A DNA stretch of 64,000 bases, taken from NCBI GenBank assembly GCA_963815115.1, contig CAWFFN010000005.1:1440001-1504000 (forward strand), given 5' to 3'. Below, piece by piece: positions 41,796-51,613 of this stretch (its first letter is position 1; each line of letters opens with the position of its first letter). Source of the stretch: an uncultured delta proteobacterium (GTDB lineage: Bacteria; Desulfobacterota; Binatia; DP-6). The position numbers and the translations under genes were made by a program. The notes under the pieces were generated by a model, which was not told the DNA's origin, made no database searches, and saw nothing but the letters and a program-made list of their open reading frames with translations.

Positions 41796-43180
41796 GCGCG
41801 GTCCCAGCCGGCAGCGATCGCCGCGCCCTGGACCGCCCCGAGGACGAGCCAGGGTGTCTTGCAGAGCAGGAGTTCGGTGCACGCGCCCCCGACCAGGAGG
41901 GTGACCAGGCCCCCGAGTAGCGCGAGCGCCACGTCCTCGGCCTCGTCGTCTCCCACCTGCATGGCCGCGCGATGCAGCCGCCAGACCGTGCGCGTGTGCG
42001 CCGCCAGTGCGAGCAGGAACAACGTGCCCCCGATGAGCCCCAGCTCCGCGATCGTGCTGAGGTAGATGTTGTGGGCGACGCGGTTGCCGCGGCTGTGCAT
42101 GAGCGCGAACCGCGGGTCGACGGGCGTCTCGAGCATGTACTCGTAGAAGGCGTCGTGAAAGCCCGCGAAGCCCGTGCCCTGGAGCGGCTTGTCGGCGACC
42201 ATGGCGAGGCCGACGCGCCAGATGTCGAACCGGCCCGCGAGCCGGTCGTTCTCCGTCTTCTCCCAGCGGTGGCGCAGGAGCTGCAGGGTGTTGTCAGGCA
42301 GCACGACCGGGAGCAGGAGGCCGACCACCGCGAGGGCGGCGAGACCGCGCGCCCCGAGGCGGGGGCGCCCGATGGCCAGCGTCACGAGCCCCGCCGCGAA
42401 GGCCACCGCTCCGCCGCGAGAGCCCGTCGCGACCAGCGCGAGGACGATGGGGATCACCGCCACCGCCCGCCACCAGCCCAGCGGAGTCCGCCGCGCGCGG
42501 AAGGCGAGCGCGGCGACCGCCGGCACTGCCAGCTGGGCGGCGAGGAAGTTCGGGTTGACCTCGTACGCGCCGTAGCGCAGCACGGCGCGCCCGGCCCCAC
42601 TCGTCGCCTCGACGAGTACCAGGACCGCGAGCACCGTGGTGGCGAGGAGCAGGACGTCGAGGGCGCGCGCGATGCGCGACCAGTCGTCCAGCACGTTGGC
42701 AGCCATCACGTAGAGCAGGAACAGCTGAGCCAGCGTGCGCAGCGCCGCCAGGGTCACGTCGGTGTCGCTCGCCCAGCCGAGGCTGATCGTGGCGAACGTC
42801 ACGTAGGCGAAGAGGAGCACTCCCGGTCGGCCGAGGCGGACGCGCCGGCGGGGACTCGCCACGACGTGGAGCACCCAGCCCCCAACCACCGCGATCCCGA
42901 GGAGGCGCGTGATGGTGAGCGCGCCGGTGTCGTCGAGCGAGGTCAGCGCGTCGAACGGGAGTGCCGCGACGAGCCCGAGGATCGCCAGGTGGGGGGCCAG
43001 GAGGAGGAGCGGTGCGGCGGGGAGGGCGAGTGCGGCCACGCCGAGCAGCGGGCTCGTGAAGCACGCCGCCGCGCCCGCCCCCAGCGTCACGAGCGCGACG
43101 GCAGCCGCGATCCACGGTGCGCGCGAGGCGGGCGCCGTCCCGCGTCCCCCGCCGATCGAGCTCCACGCCACACTCGTCAT
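41792..43180 (-). CDS. O-antigen ligase/Wzy polymerase family membrane protein
   Basis: About 11 TM helices, NPN, TGSRGG, GR..IW, PLQGTG, AHNIYL..AELG. Confidence 0.85.
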   Translation of the reverse strand: MTSVAWSSIGGGRGTAPASRAPWIAAAVALVTLGAGAAACFTSPLLGVAALALPAAPLLLLAPHLAILGLVAALPFDALTSLDDTGALTITRLLGIAVVGGWVLHVVASPRRRVRLGRPGVLLFAYVTFATISLGWASDTDVTLAALRTLAQLFLLYVMAANVLDDWSRIARALDVLLLATTVLAVLVLVEATSGAGRAVLRYGAYEVNPNFLAAQLAVPAVAALAFRARRTPLGWWRAVAVIPIVLALVATGSRGGAVAFAAGLVTLAIGRPRLGARGLAALAVVGLLLPVVLPDNTLQLLRHRWEKTENDRLAGRFDIWRVGLAMVADKPLQGTGFAGFHDAFYEYMLETPVDPRFALMHSRGNRVAHNIYLSTIAELGLIGGTLFLLALAAHTRTVWRLHRAAMQVGDDEAEDVALALLGGLVTLLVGGACTELLLCKTPWLVLGAVQGAAIAAGWDRA

Positions 43181-43192
43181 CGTTCCCGCCCG

Positions 43193-45585
43193 TCACGCCG
43201 CAAAGTAGTAGGAATAGCTCTGGTAGGCGCTGCTGGTGGGATCGGCGGCGTTCAGCACGACGCCGATGACGTTGCCCTGCATGAAGCGCAGGCGTTCCAG
43301 GGCCTCGCGGGTGATGTCGCGCGCGGTACGATGGCAGCGCACGACCAGGACGACCCCGTCCACCCGCGGAGCCAGGATGGCCGAGTCGGTGATCGGGAAC
43401 ACCGGCGGGGAGTCGATCAGGACGAGGTCGTAGGCCTCGAGGAGGCTCTGCAGCAGCTCGTCCATCTGCGGCGTCGCCAGCAGTGACGACGGATCGGGGA
43501 CCGACCGCCCCGCTTGCAGCAGGTGCAGCTCGGGGCCCGTCCACCCGGCCTGCGGCGCCGCGACGCGGGTGTTTTGCACCGCGAGGCGCTGGATGGCCTG
43601 CGGCAGGCGCACGACGCCGCGCAGGACGTCGGAGAGACCGGGACCGGCTTTCACGCCGAGCGTCCGGTGGCAGCGCGCGTGGCGCATGTCGGCGTCGACC
43701 ACCACCACGCGCCGGGAGAGCTGGGCGAAGGAGACCGCGAGGTTGATGGTGGTGGCGGTCTTGCCCTCGCGGGGCTGGCTGCTGGTCACGAGGAGCGAGC
43801 GTGGCGGACTCTGAGGATTGAACGAGAGCACACTGGTCCGGATGCTGCGGAACGCCTCGGCGGTCGGGGTTGCTCCGAGCAGCCGCCGCCGGGAACGGGC
43901 GCGGCTGCTCCGCGGCCATCTCCGGGCCAACGCCGGCATGCGCAGCACGCCATTCGATATCCGGAGCACGGCCGGCGAAATGCGCAGCACGCCCGACGGG
44001 ATGCGCAGGGCAGGGCCCGTGAGGCGCTCATAGTCGGGCACGACCCCCAGCGTCGGCAGCTCGAGATCGTGGCGCACATCGTCCGGCGTCTTGAGCGAGC
44101 TGTCGACGTTCTCCAGCCCGAAGACGAGCGCCAGCCCGAGGCCGGCGCCGAAGAGCAGCCCGAAGGCCAGATTGAAGGGAGTGTTCGGCTCGGAGGGAAC
44201 CGTCGGGAGCTCCGCGGGATCGATCACCGTCGCGTTCGAGAGCTGCGCGCCCTTCACGACGTCGGTCTCCTGGAGGCGCTGGAGCAGCGTCGCGTGAAGC
44301 GCGCGCGTCGTGTTGACGGCTTGATCGAGCCGGATGTACTGCCCCGAGAGCTCCTTCAGATTCAGGACCGTGTCCTGCTGGGCGTTGAACTGCTCGCGGA
44401 GCCCCTGCTCCTTCGCCTGGGCGGCGAGATACGTCGACTGGATGCCACCGACGGCGCGCGAGACCTCACGCGCGAGGCGGCCCTGCGCGCGCTTGAGCTG
44501 TGCGTCGATCTCCTTCACCTGCGGGCTGCTCGGGATGTAGATCTGCGCCTGCTCGGCGTAGCGCACCTCGAGCCGGCTCACCTCCTGCTTGAGCCCCTGG
44601 ATCAGCGGATTGGTGAGCACGCTGGGCAGCGAATCGCTCTCGCGCTTCTGCACCAGGCGGTACTCGGCCTCCGCGGCGATTCGCGCGGCCTCGGCGTCGG
44701 TCACGCGCCGGCCGAGATCGGTGAGCCGCTCGACGATCGCGTTCTCGCGATCGTCGAGCGAGACGACGGCGTGCTGCCGCTGGAAGTCGCTGAGGGCGCG
44801 CTCCGCCTCCGCCAGCTCGCGCTCCACGCGGGCGATCTCGGTCTGGAGGAAGTCCCGTGCCTCCCCGGTGAGCTGGAACTTCGACCGCAGGCCCTGGAGG
44901 ATGTAGCCGCGCGCGTGCGCGTTGGCGACGCGCTGCGAGAGGCCGGCGCTGGGACTGGTGAAGCTGACCTCGATGAGGCGCGAGTTGGTGATGGGCTTCA
45001 CTTCGAGCCAGTGGCCGTACTGCCCGATCAGCCCGGACAAACGCCCTCGTTGACCGCCTCCCCGGCCTTCTCCTTCGGCTTTTCCTTGCCCGCGGGCAGC
45101 AGGTAGCTGAGCGGAGACAGCAGGGTCCCGATCCCCGTGCGGACTGCGCTCATCACGCCCCGGCCGCCTTTCTTGATCCCGGTGAACGCCGCGTCGTCTT
45201 CGAGCCCGAGCTCGCGGATCATGTGGGCGGCGAGGGAGCGGCTCTCGAGGAACTTCACCTGATCCTGGAAGTACTCGATGCCCTCGAAGTAGGCCGGTGG
45301 CGCGACCACCTGGGGAAGGTTGGTCACCTGCGGCGGCTGCGTGATCACGTGCAGAACCGCCCTGGCGGTCCATCGCCGGGGCGTGAACAGACTCACCAGC
45401 GCCATCACGACCAGGCCCGCGGCGGCCAGGCCCGCCACGAGATGCCAGCGTCGCCGCAGCATCGCGAGCATGTCGCGCAGCTGGGACTCGCGCGCGCGTG
45501 GCGACGGTCGGGGAAGTCCGCCCGCGGACGGGTACACCACGAAGGCGCCCGGCGGCGCCGGGGGGACGACGTCGAGCCGGCGCAT
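43193..45585 (-). CDS. wzc: Wzc/GumC polysaccharide co-polymerase tyrosine autokinase (frameshift near 45035)
   Basis: Wzz-type N-terminus, coiled coil, EAFRSIRT, PREGKTAT, DADMR, IDSPP and a C-terminal Tyr cluster YQSYSYY. Confidence 0.92.
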
Positions 45586-45586
45586 G

Positions 45587-46708
45587 TCAGAACGCCGTGA
45601 ACGACAGGCCCGCGCCGACGCGGACCACGTTGGTGAGGAACCAGTAGCCGGAGTACGGCACCATCTTCGCCGTCGAGGCCGGCACCGAGACCACGTCGCC
45701 GGCCTGGAGCGTGAGGTCCTGCGCCTGCGCTTTGCGGACGGCGTCCACGTCGACGTCGATGTGCTTCTTGGTGCCGCCGGGCTCGGTCCGCCAGACGACG
45801 ATGCTGTGCAGGTCGGCGGGATACATCGCGCCGCCGGCCGCGGTGAGGCCGCCCATCGCCGTCGTTCCGGGCGAGATGTCGTAGGCGCCCGGCGTTTTCA
45901 CCCAGCCGTCGACGTAGTAGCGCCCGACGTTCACCACCAGCGCATCGCCCCCGACGACTGGCAGGTTGAGCGGGCTCTCGTTCGGCGGCTGCCACTGACG
46001 GTTCAGATCGATCTCGATCGGCGTTCCGCCGGCGGCCGTACCGGGCGCGATGGGGAGCGACCGGGAGGCCGTGGAGCAGGCCCTGCCAGCGGCCGGGTAG
46101 AACTGGACGGTTCCGCCGGAGTGCTCGTTCATCCCCCCGGCCTCCGAGAGCAGGTCGGCGACGGTGCGGGTCTGGCGCGTGAGACCGATGAGCCCCGGCC
46201 GCGCGACTGCTCCGGTGACGGATACCTGCTGGCTCACGTGCTCCGTGACGAATAGGCTCACCTGCGGGTCGCGCAGCAGCGTCTGTCCCAGCCGCTGCTT
46301 GATGCGATCACCGAGCTGGTCCTCGGTGAGACCGGCTGCCTGGATGGTGCCCAGGTGGGGCAGCGTGATGGTGCCGCCCGGCGAGACGCGCGCATGCAAC
46401 GCCTGGATCTCGTCGACCCGGGGCACGCTCACCTCCAGCAGATCGCCGGGGCCGAGACAGAACGCGCTCTCGGCCGCTACGCTGCGCTCGGCCCACAGCG
46501 CGTGGACGCGCGTGTCCTGAGACGCCGCGGCGTGAGACTGAGACACGGCGCCCTGAGACACCGGGGATCCGGCAGGCTGCTCGGCGGCCTGCGGCACCGT
46601 CGGGATTTGATTCGCGTCGGGTACGTGGGGGCTGCGACTTGCGCATCCGTCCAACGCGAGCACGAGAAACGCTGCCCCCGCGATCGAGACTATCTGTTTG
46701 TTCGTCAT
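45587..46708 (-). CDS. wza: Wza-like polysaccharide export lipoprotein with SLBB domains
   Basis: GGGAGG RBS, lipobox LDGC, LGPGDLL, G.ITLP.LG.IQAAG, DPQV, VTGAV..PG, LQAGDVV. Confidence 0.88.
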   Translation of the reverse strand: MTNKQIVSIAGAAFLVLALDGCASRSPHVPDANQIPTVPQAAEQPAGSPVSQGAVSQSHAAASQDTRVHALWAERSVAAESAFCLGPGDLLEVSVPRVDEIQALHARVSPGGTITLPHLGTIQAAGLTEDQLGDRIKQRLGQTLLRDPQVSLFVTEHVSQQVSVTGAVARPGLIGLTRQTRTVADLLSEAGGMNEHSGGTVQFYPAAGRACSTASRSLPIAPGTAAGGTPIEIDLNRQWQPPNESPLNLPVVGGDALVVNVGRYYVDGWVKTPGAYDISPGTTAMGGLTAAGGAMYPADLHSIVVWRTEPGGTKKHIDVDVDAVRKAQAQDLTLQAGDVVSVPASTAKMVPYSGYWFLTNVVRVGAGLSFTAF

Positions 46709-46749
46709 CGTGTGTCGCGCCTCCCGGTGCTGGGCTGCTGCCGCCATCA

Positions 46750-46765
46750 AGCACGATGCATGCCG
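46750..46765 (-). promoter_or_regulatory. putative sigma54 -24/-12 promoter for the wza operon
   Basis: Minus strand cGGCATGcatcgTGCt (GG-N10-GC), about 42 nt upstream of the wza ATG. Confidence 0.55.
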
Positions 46766-46781
46766 CGGGCTCGACGGCGGC

Positions 46782-46797
46782 AGGCACGTCAGTTGCT
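46782..46797 (+). promoter_or_regulatory. putative sigma54 -24/-12 promoter for the capD-like operon
   Basis: aGGCACGtcagTTGCt, near-consensus TGGCACG-N4-TTGCW, about 60 nt upstream of the ATG at 46858. Confidence 0.7.
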
Positions 46798-46857
46798 TTC
46801 GTCGATGCTGCGCGCGTCGACGACACGAAGAAGGTCCGCACGAAGAGGGTCCGATAG

Positions 46858-48829
46858 ATGAACATGCCCAGTTCGCCGGTCGCCGTCCCGGCCCTCCTCT
46901 CCGACGCGGGCGCCGGGCGGCGACCGGCCAGCGTGTTCCTGCGGCGCCTGGTCGTCGAGCACCGGCGCGTGGGCCTCGCCGTCGCCGGGATAGGTATCGC
47001 GGCGGGATCCTACGTGAGCGCCCTGGCGCTGCGATTCGACCTCTCGCTACCCCCCGAAGTCCTGCCCCTCCTCCTGTCGACCCTCCCGACGCTCGTGCTC
47101 TGCAAGGTGCTCGGCTTCTGGATGGCAGGGCTCCTGTCCGGCTGGTGGCGCCACGTGAGCCTGCGAGACGTCGTCGACATCGTGCGGGGGAATGCGGTGG
47201 GATCGCTCCTGTTCTTGCTGGCCATCGTGTTCGGCCCCGGACTGGAGGGCTTTCCCCGCTCGGTCTTCGTGATCGACCTTCTCATCTGCACGATCGTCAT
47301 GGCCGGACTTCGCGTCGGGGTGCGTGTCGTCCGGGAGCGCAACGGGCGCCACGCAGTCCGGCGCATCGACACGCTCGCCCTCATCGTCGGGGCCGGGACG
47401 ACCGGCATCCGACTCCTCGAGGAAATTGAGAGCCGCACGCGCCACGGGATGGCCGTGCTCGGATTCGTAGATGACGACCCGAGCAAGCGGGGAACTCGAA
47501 TCGCGGGCGCAGAGGTGCTGGGCACGATCGACGACCTCCCCCGGCTCCTAGGGGCGCGCGAGGTGCACGAGGTGCTAGTGGCCATCCCGTCGGCCCCCGG
47601 GGCCGTGATGCGCCGCATTGCGCAGCATTGTGCGGAGGCGCGGGTGCGGCATCGTGTGGTGCCCTCGCTCGCCGAGCTGGTCGAAGGTCGCGTGATGTTC
47701 ACCCAGGTACGCGATGTGAAGCTGGACGACTTGCTCGCCCGCGAGCCCGTGCGATTCGACCTGCCGGAGGTGCGGTCGTTGATCGCAGATCGTACCGTCC
47801 TGGTGACGGGTGCCGCCGGCTCCATCGGCTCTGAGCTGTGCCGGCAGGTGGCCGCACACGGACCGGCGCGGCTCGTCCTGTTCGACCGCCACGAGAACGG
47901 GATGTTTCTCCTCGAGGGCGAGCTGCGCGATCGCTTCCCGGCCGTGGAGATCGCGCCGGTGCTCGGCGACCTCCTGCTCGAGGATCAAGTGGAGGCGGCA
48001 TTCGCGTCGCACCGGCCGGCGCTCGTCTTCCACGCCGCCGCGTACAAGCACGTGCCGCTCGATGGAGTGAACGTGCTGCAGGCGGTGCACAACAACGTGT
48101 TCGGCACGCGAACATTGTGAAGGCGGCGGCGGAGCACGGCGCGAAGTTCGTGCTGGTGTAGACCGACAAGGCGGTGAGGCCGAGCCAGCGTGATGGGCGT
48201 CACCAAGCGGCTCGCCGAGCGGATCGTCGCTCTCGCGAACGGCAGGCCGTATCGGTTCGTGGTGGTGCGCTTCGGGAACGTGCTGGGGAGAACGGCAGCG
48301 TGGTGCCGCTGTTCTCGGAGCAGATCGCGGACGGCGGCCCGGTGACCGTCACGCACCCGGATCACCCGGTACTTCATGACCATCCCCGAGGCGTGCAATT
48401 GATCCTGGAGGCGCATCGGCCCGCGAGCCGGGCGCCACCTACCTCCTGGAGATGGGCAGCCCGGTACGCATCGCCGACCTGGCACGCCAGATGATCCGTC
48501 TGTCAGGATTGGAGCCGGACGAAGACATCGCCATCGTGTTCACCGGACTACGGCCCGGTGAGAAGCTCGAGGAGGAGCTGGTCGACGAGGGCGAACGCGT
48601 CATGACGACGGTGCATGACCGCCTTCGGGTGGTGCACGGGCCGCGGCACGTCCTTCCGCCCGGGTGGCTCGGGGGGTTGCAGCTCTGCCTGCGCCGCGGC
48701 GACACCGCGGGCGCGCTCCGCCTGCTGCAGCAAGCCGTGCCAGGGTACACCCCGAGCCCCCAGGCGCTTGCCAGCGCCGGTGGTTGGTCGCAGCGGCCGC
48801 TGTCCAGCGCAGCCGAGACGGCGGCGTGA
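46858..48829 (+). CDS. CapD/WbpM/PglF-like membrane nucleotide-sugar 4,6-dehydratase (frameshifts and an in-frame TAG)
   Basis: Four TM helices, IVGAG, GFVDDD, LVTGAAGSIGSEL, HAAAYKHVP, VLV*TDKAV, VRFGNVLG, GLRPGEKL.EEL. Confidence 0.88.
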
Positions 48830-49437
48830 CGCGGTTCGGTCACATGGCGCGAGACCGGCTGGCGGCAGTGGCGCTGGCTGCGGCCTACACGACGCTCGCG
48901 GTTGGCCGCGTGGCCGGGACTGCGGTCCCCGGGCGCGCGCTGCCCACGGCACTCCTCGCGGCGCAGGAGCTGCTGGTCGCCGGGTTGCTGCTCGCGCGGC
49001 GGTCGTCGCGCGCCGAGTCGCTGCGACGGAGCGACCGCCTCGTTGCAGCTGCGGCGCTTCTCGTGCCGCTCGGCCTCCACGCGCCGGGGTATGATGTTGC
49101 GAACGTTTCCCCCGCGCTCGAGCTTGCAGGCCTGCTGCTCGCGCTGCTCGCGACCGCCACCCTGGGTCGGCATCTCGGAGTTCTGCCCGCGGTGCGCGGC
49201 ATCACGACGCGGGGCGCATACGCGGTGGTGCGGCACCCGATGTATGCCGCCTACATGCTGCTGTTCGTCGCCTATGTGGCGGGGGAACCAAGCGCCCACA
49301 ACGCCACCCTCGCGATTGCGGCGTGTGCTTTGCTGGTGGTGCGGTTGCGAACCGAGGAGGCGGTGCTGGGGCGGTACGTCGACTATCAGGCGTACACCCG
49401 GCGCGTGCCCTGGCGTCTCGTACCCGGATGTTACTGA
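48826..49437 (+). CDS. isoprenylcysteine carboxyl methyltransferase/PEMT family membrane protein
   Basis: Hydrophobic; GAYAVVRHPMY, EE..L, Y..Y.RRVPWRLVP. Confidence 0.75.
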   Translation: MTRFGHMARDRLAAVALAAAYTTLAVGRVAGTAVPGRALPTALLAAQELLVAGLLLARRSSRAESLRRSDRLVAAAALLVPLGLHAPGYDVANVSPALELAGLLLALLATATLGRHLGVLPAVRGITTRGAYAVVRHPMYAAYMLLFVAYVAGEPSAHNATLAIAACALLVVRLRTEEAVLGRYVDYQAYTRRVPWRLVPGCY

Positions 49438-49572
49438 ACCGGAGCAGGACCGGCGGGTGGTGACGATATGGCGGAGGCGCGTCATCAGACGATCGTCGAA
49501 CCTTCGCCTTCTGTAGGAAGGGGGCGCCAAGGCGAGCGCCGTCGGCTGCCGCTGCCGGGTCGCGAGTTGGCG

Positions 49573-50997
49573 ATGGGGGAACGACGCATCCACCCGGTTG
49601 TGTTGTGCGGCGGGTCCGGAACACGACTGTGGCCACTGTCCCGCGCGTTGTACCCGAAGCAGCTCTTGGCGCTCGCTTCTGAGCGGACGCTCTTTCAGGA
49701 CACGATCCTGCGGACGGCGGATACCACGCGCTTCGCGCCACCACTGGTGGTGGGAAACCAGGAGCACCGTTTCATCCTGGCCGAGCAGCTCCGTCAGCTC
49801 GGGATCGCCTCCCGGGCGCTCGTCGTCGAGCCCGTCGGCCGCAACACGGCACCGGCGGCGGCGGTTGCTGCGATGCTCCTCACCCAGCACGAACCCGACG
49901 CGCTGATGCTGGTCATGCCCGCAGACCACGTGATCGCCGACGGCGACGCCTTCGGCGAAGCCGTGGGACGCGCGCTGCTCGCCGCGGCCGGCGGTCGGCT
50001 GGTCACGTTCGGCATCGAGCCCGCGGTGCCGCACACGGGCTACGGCTACATCCGTAAGGGTGCCCCGCTCCCCGAGCTGCCGGGGTGCTTCGATCTCGAT
50101 CATTTCGTGGAAAAGCCCGACGCTGGTACCGCGAAGGCGTGGGTCGACCGTCGAGCATACCTGTGGAACAGCGGCATCTTCCTCCTTCCGGCGGCCTGGT
50201 ATCTCGAGGAGATCGAGCGCCGCCAGCCGGCGATCGTCGACGCGTGCCGGCGCGCGCTCGCCGAGGGCGACCGCGACCCGTCCTTCCTGCGACTCGACGC
50301 CGAATCCTTTGCGGCGTCACCGTCCGTCTCGATCGACTACGCGGTGATGGAAGACCTGGAAGGCGGAGTCGTGGTTCCCGTCAGCATGGGGTGGAACGAC
50401 GTGGGGTCCTGGTCGGCGCTCTGGGAGATCAGCGGCAAGGACGCGGCCGGCAACGCCATGCACGGCAATGTCATCGCAGTGGACGTGGCGGACTCGCTCC
50501 TGCGGACCGAGGGCCCGGCGATTGCGGCTCTGGGCCTGCGAGACGTCGTGCTCGTGGCCACCAAGGATGCCGTGCTCGCCGCGTCACGCGAGCGCGCAGA
50601 GGATGTGCGCGAGGTGGTCGAGCAACTCCGCCGCGGTGGGCGGGGCGAGCACGTGGCGCACACTGTCGTCTACCGGCCCTGGGGGTCGTACGAGACCACC
50701 GACCACGGCCCCCGCTTTCGCGTCAAGCGGCTCGTCGTGATCCCGGGGCAGAAGCTCTCGCTCCAGATGCACTATCATCGCGCGGAGCACTGGGTCGTCG
50801 TACAGGGGACGGCCAAGGTGGAGCGCAACGGCGAGGCGCTGCTCCTCGGCGAGAACGAGTCGACCTACATCCCCGCGGGTACCTCGCACCGGCTCGAGAA
50901 TCCCGGCCGCATCCCGCTCCACCTGGTCGAGGTGCAGACCGGCCCGTACCTGGAGGAGGACGACATCGTGCGGTTCGAGGACGCGTACGGACGCTAG
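49573..50997 (+). CDS. manC: mannose-1-phosphate guanylyltransferase/mannose-6-phosphate isomerase
   Basis: PVVLCGGSGTRLWPLSR..PKQ, EPVGRNTAPA, FVEKPD, SIDYAVME, RPWGSY, SLQMHYHRAEHW. Confidence 0.96.
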   Translation: MGERRIHPVVLCGGSGTRLWPLSRALYPKQLLALASERTLFQDTILRTADTTRFAPPLVVGNQEHRFILAEQLRQLGIASRALVVEPVGRNTAPAAAVAAMLLTQHEPDALMLVMPADHVIADGDAFGEAVGRALLAAAGGRLVTFGIEPAVPHTGYGYIRKGAPLPELPGCFDLDHFVEKPDAGTAKAWVDRRAYLWNSGIFLLPAAWYLEEIERRQPAIVDACRRALAEGDRDPSFLRLDAESFAASPSVSIDYAVMEDLEGGVVVPVSMGWNDVGSWSALWEISGKDAAGNAMHGNVIAVDVADSLLRTEGPAIAALGLRDVVLVATKDAVLAASRERAEDVREVVEQLRRGGRGEHVAHTVVYRPWGSYETTDHGPRFRVKRLVVIPGQKLSLQMHYHRAEHWVVVQGTAKVERNGEALLLGENESTYIPAGTSHRLENPGRIPLHLVEVQTGPYLEEDDIVRFEDAYGR

Positions 50998-51071
50998 GGT
51001 ACTCGTTCGGTGGTGGACGAGCTCTACCTCGCACTTCCCCCACGGCAGATGGCGCGACGGCGAGGGGGAAG

Positions 51072-51219
51072 TGACATTCGCTTCGATCAGCCGGGGGCGA
51101 CCATCGTGCGCGTTCGCGCGACCGACCGCGGCGGTCGCACGCAGCCCGGAAGCCCCGAGTGGAACCGACTCGGCTACGGGAGCAACTCCATCGGGGACGT
51201 GCCGATTCAGGTCCGGTAG
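51072..51219 (+). pseudogene. orphan C-terminal fragment of a sulfite-oxidase-family molybdoenzyme
   Basis: PGATIVRVRATDRGGRTQP..PEWNRLGYGSNSI..V.IQV* matches the end of the Mo-co dimerisation domain. Nothing upstream encodes the remainder. Confidence 0.65.
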
Positions 51220-51347
51220 GCGCTGGCTTGGGTCGCTCGGCTGCCCGGCGAGGTCCGCTCGAGCGGATGGCCAGGTCAGTCGCCTGCCGTGCGGCCGAGG
51301 CGCTCTGGCTACCGACCACCTCGTGACGATCGAGCGCGCCGTGCGCG

Positions 51348-51486
51348 ACATCAGCTACACGCTCGGGTGGCTGCGCACCGAGGAGAACAACTACCTCGCC
51401 GTACCGCCGGCGCGCGCACCCTGCCGCGGCGCTGCCAGGAGGTCCTCGGATACGCGGTGCACGACGCCCTGCCGCGGAACGGTGGC
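51348..51486 (+). repeat. direct repeat copy 2 (orphan phyH fragment)
   Basis: Near-identical to 13685-13827 with a 4-nt deletion. Confidence 0.95.
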
Positions 51487-51613
51487 CCTCGCTTCGGTGC
51501 CTGCGGGTGCGGGGTGGGGGTGCGCTGCCAAAGAGTTGCATCAGTACGACTCTGAGAGACGCCGCCAGGCGCGCTGGTCGCTCGCGCGACGCGGGCGCTC
51601 TGTGGGGGCCACG

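Noticed and set aside
48158-48161. In-frame TAG in VLV*TDK of the capD-like gene as possible stop-codon recoding
   Set aside because: The conserved residue is Ser (STDK; TCG to TAG is one substitution), the surrounding region is error-rich, and TAG ends other genes normally.
303-48829. Programmed frameshifting or mass pseudogenisation in ccoN, phyH, wzc, capD and other genes
   Set aside because: Indels are scattered, often compensating, and not at recognisable slippery sites. Catalytic motifs are intact, so sequencing error is the simpler explanation.
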